Positions 61,701 to 64,000 of a stretch of DNA of 64,000 bases are shown piece after piece (the stretch's first letter is position 1; each line of letters begins with the position of its first letter). Both the position numbers and the translations under genes were made by a program. The notes beneath the pieces are model-generated. The model was not told where the DNA came from and ran no database searches. It saw only the letters and a list, made by a program, of their open reading frames with translations. This DNA comes from Botryllus schlosseri (taxonomy: Eukaryota): assembly GCA_051294905.1 (NCBI GenBank), contig CM119382.1:1922001-1986000 (forward strand), in the 5' to 3' direction.

Positions 61701-63810
61701 CAGACATCATTCTCAAGGCACGAGAATGACGAATGACTGTTCTTGTACAGTACAGAAAGCCTGACTCGCTTCGCACCATATAATTCTCTTGCGGCACTTT
61801 GAGGAAAACCAGAAATTAGAATAGTATTAAAATTAGAGCAAAGAAACATTTAGCATGATAAATAAGAACTAAATTACTGTCATTTCGCTTTCTTTAGCTA
61901 TACGAAGAATTAATCAGCTAAAATTTGAATTGGCATGGCAATAGTGATGTAAAAATGCCCACAAAATCCATGAAAATGACGGGAAGGTTGGAGGTGTGTT
62001 TCTGAAAGCGATTGCGATAAGTAGGTCTCCACAGGCAAGATGCTTTGGCGTGTTGTAAATTTGGGGCAGTCTTCGCCAATGCTACGGCGGCAAGACAGGA
62101 AACTTAATGCAACACCAAAATGATCCTTGCATCGACTAAAATTATATTTGAATCTCAAAGATTTCCGATTTCACATTGTTTCAGTCGCGAACGGCAAGAT
62201 CACTCGATTTCGCAACTGCTAACTCATTGACCCGCTCGGGAGAAAGAGAAAGAGAGGGAGAGTGATGATCTATATTCTTAAACCTTGCAAATAAATTACG
62301 TAATAAAAATGCAATTAATCGAAATGTGATGTACAGAGAAGTGAGACATGGAGACGGGGGGATAGTTGTAACAGAGTGATCAAGGACAAGCCCGCCAGGT
62401 CTGGTGCATCTTACTACAGACGTCGTCACATCTTTAGATTAAATAACAAAGGCGCAAATGTAGGAAAAAACACAGCATCATGGAAAATAATTAGCAATTA
62501 AATGTAAACGGGGTTAGATCATTAGCCAACATTGACGCGCAACGCTAGTGATAACTAATAGTTACTAACCATGCCTGTTACAACCGAAAATGCATTTGGA
62601 TCTTGCCTTGCAAATAGCTCATCAGGCTTTCACACAGTACCAATCTACCTAATTGTCGGTCAACTATAGCTACAGTTTTCTGAGCAGCTCCAGGTCCAGT
62701 TCCAATTCCAGTTCTAGTTCTAGTTGAGCTTTTTATAAATGAGAGTAGTTCTAGTTCTATTTCGAATTGCGGATTTTCAAAATAGAGTTCGTTCCATTTG
62801 TAGTTAGGCAGAGTTGTCACACGGCATGTCCTAACCAAAAACGCCATAAATGACGCAATACATGCAACAGGACGACAAAACAGGTCTTTCTGGGGTGGAG
62901 TGGAAAAAATGACCCTTTTATCGGCAACGCAACTGTAGGCCTATTTCCCGTGAAGATTTACGGATTACCAATTTTCGTGTCCGATATTATTAATTGTGGG
63001 ATTTGTGAAAAATGTCCTCTTTTCCGAATCTGAAAATATGGGAACCCTATAGTTGGGCATTAAAAACAGTTGTCAAACAACTAGAAGACACGTGTCGTTG
63101 TAGTTACAGTTGCAGACTTTGAGAGCAGTAGTTCCAGTAGATAGTTCTAGTTGGATTTTGATAGTTCTAGTTGAGCATTTAAAAAGAATTAATCGTCAAA
63201 CAACTACAGTAAACACGTGTCGTCGTTTATCGTGATACTGGTGTTGTGTTGTGTGATGTCCTTTCGTAGATGGCTAGCGCAGAATCATTGCAGCTTACAG
63301 TGGCGTAGCCAGCAGGGGATGGCTTTGGAGGTCGGAACTCCTGCCATTTCAAACTTGCACCGATCCTCATTGGAAAGACAATTCGATTACCTTGAATTAA
63401 AACTTTAAAAAAGTGGCTTTGGACTGTGTTTTAGTATGTTAGTTGCGTATTGATAAATGTCGTAAGTCCAAGCTCTAGTTTTAGTTGCGTGATGGAAACC
63501 CAGTAATTTGTAAAATGTACAAGACTGTCAACAGTCCCCGAGCGTCTCTGAGTAGCCCCGCTATTTAGTGCCCATGAGACGCGATATTGATTTCTAAACC
63601 ATCCGCATTCCTATCAGATTTTCAGGGGCGAGTTTTTGTATGATTCTGTTCGTACCTAAGTTTTTTATGTCTGTGCTTGGTTGGAAGCGCATGTCTTAGT
63701 TTCTTGTAATTGATTGCATCCGAATTTTAGTTAATAAAAACCTAGAAAGCTATCGAGAAGATTCGACTTATCTACGCTTTTCGCGAAAGAGCCTTTGCAT
63801 ACATCGACAT

Positions 63811-63854
63811 GAGTGAGTGAGTGTGTGTGTGTGGTGTGTGTGTGTATGTGTGTG
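63811..63854. repeat. (GT)n microsatellite
   Basis: Direct reading. Confidence 0.9.
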
Positions 63855-63866
63855 AGGGGGGGGCGA

Positions 63867-64000
63867 GATAGCACTGTGGAATTCACAGTTGCAACACTAA
63901 TGAGTGGCGGGTTCGTGTCCAGCCGATGTCGACACCAGAATTCCTACCCAAGTGTTGGAGGTTTATCTAGGCTCCTCCTCGCCATCTCATCCATGTAAGC
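63867..64000 (+). mobile_element. SINE family 1 5' part (truncated by window edge)
   Basis: gatagcactgtgga...ggttcgtgtcc...ttcctacccaagtgttggaggtttatctaggctcctcctcgcc. Confidence 0.75.

Overview
AT-rich, very repeat-dense animal genomic DNA. An invertebrate such as an ascidian is plausible, but that is inference from composition and intron size only. One protein-coding gene is securely recognisable: SUPT3H (Spt3, SAGA complex) on the minus strand. Seven coding exons were rebuilt by hand with GT-AG junctions in matching phase (9704-9620, 8889-8697, 7084-6960, 5714-5627, 5203-5088, 3326-3188, 1276-1107); its first coding exon was not found. The remaining ~54 kb has no confidently identifiable gene. 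It is a mosaic of non-autonomous hAT DNA transposons (about 17 with readable 8-bp TSDs, often nested), a CACTA-type MITE, a long-TIR foldback MITE, tRNA-derived SINEs, two LINE remnants, a ~16-copy unclassified repeat and minisatellites. The most unusual observation is a Buster/Charlie-type hAT element carrying decayed, internally deleted 28S rRNA sequence. It occurs twice (28623-29551, 46657-46923) with shared rRNA breakpoints, and in both copies similarity is lost over the R2 retrotransposon target site. All homology statements come from remembered consensus sequences; no searches were run.
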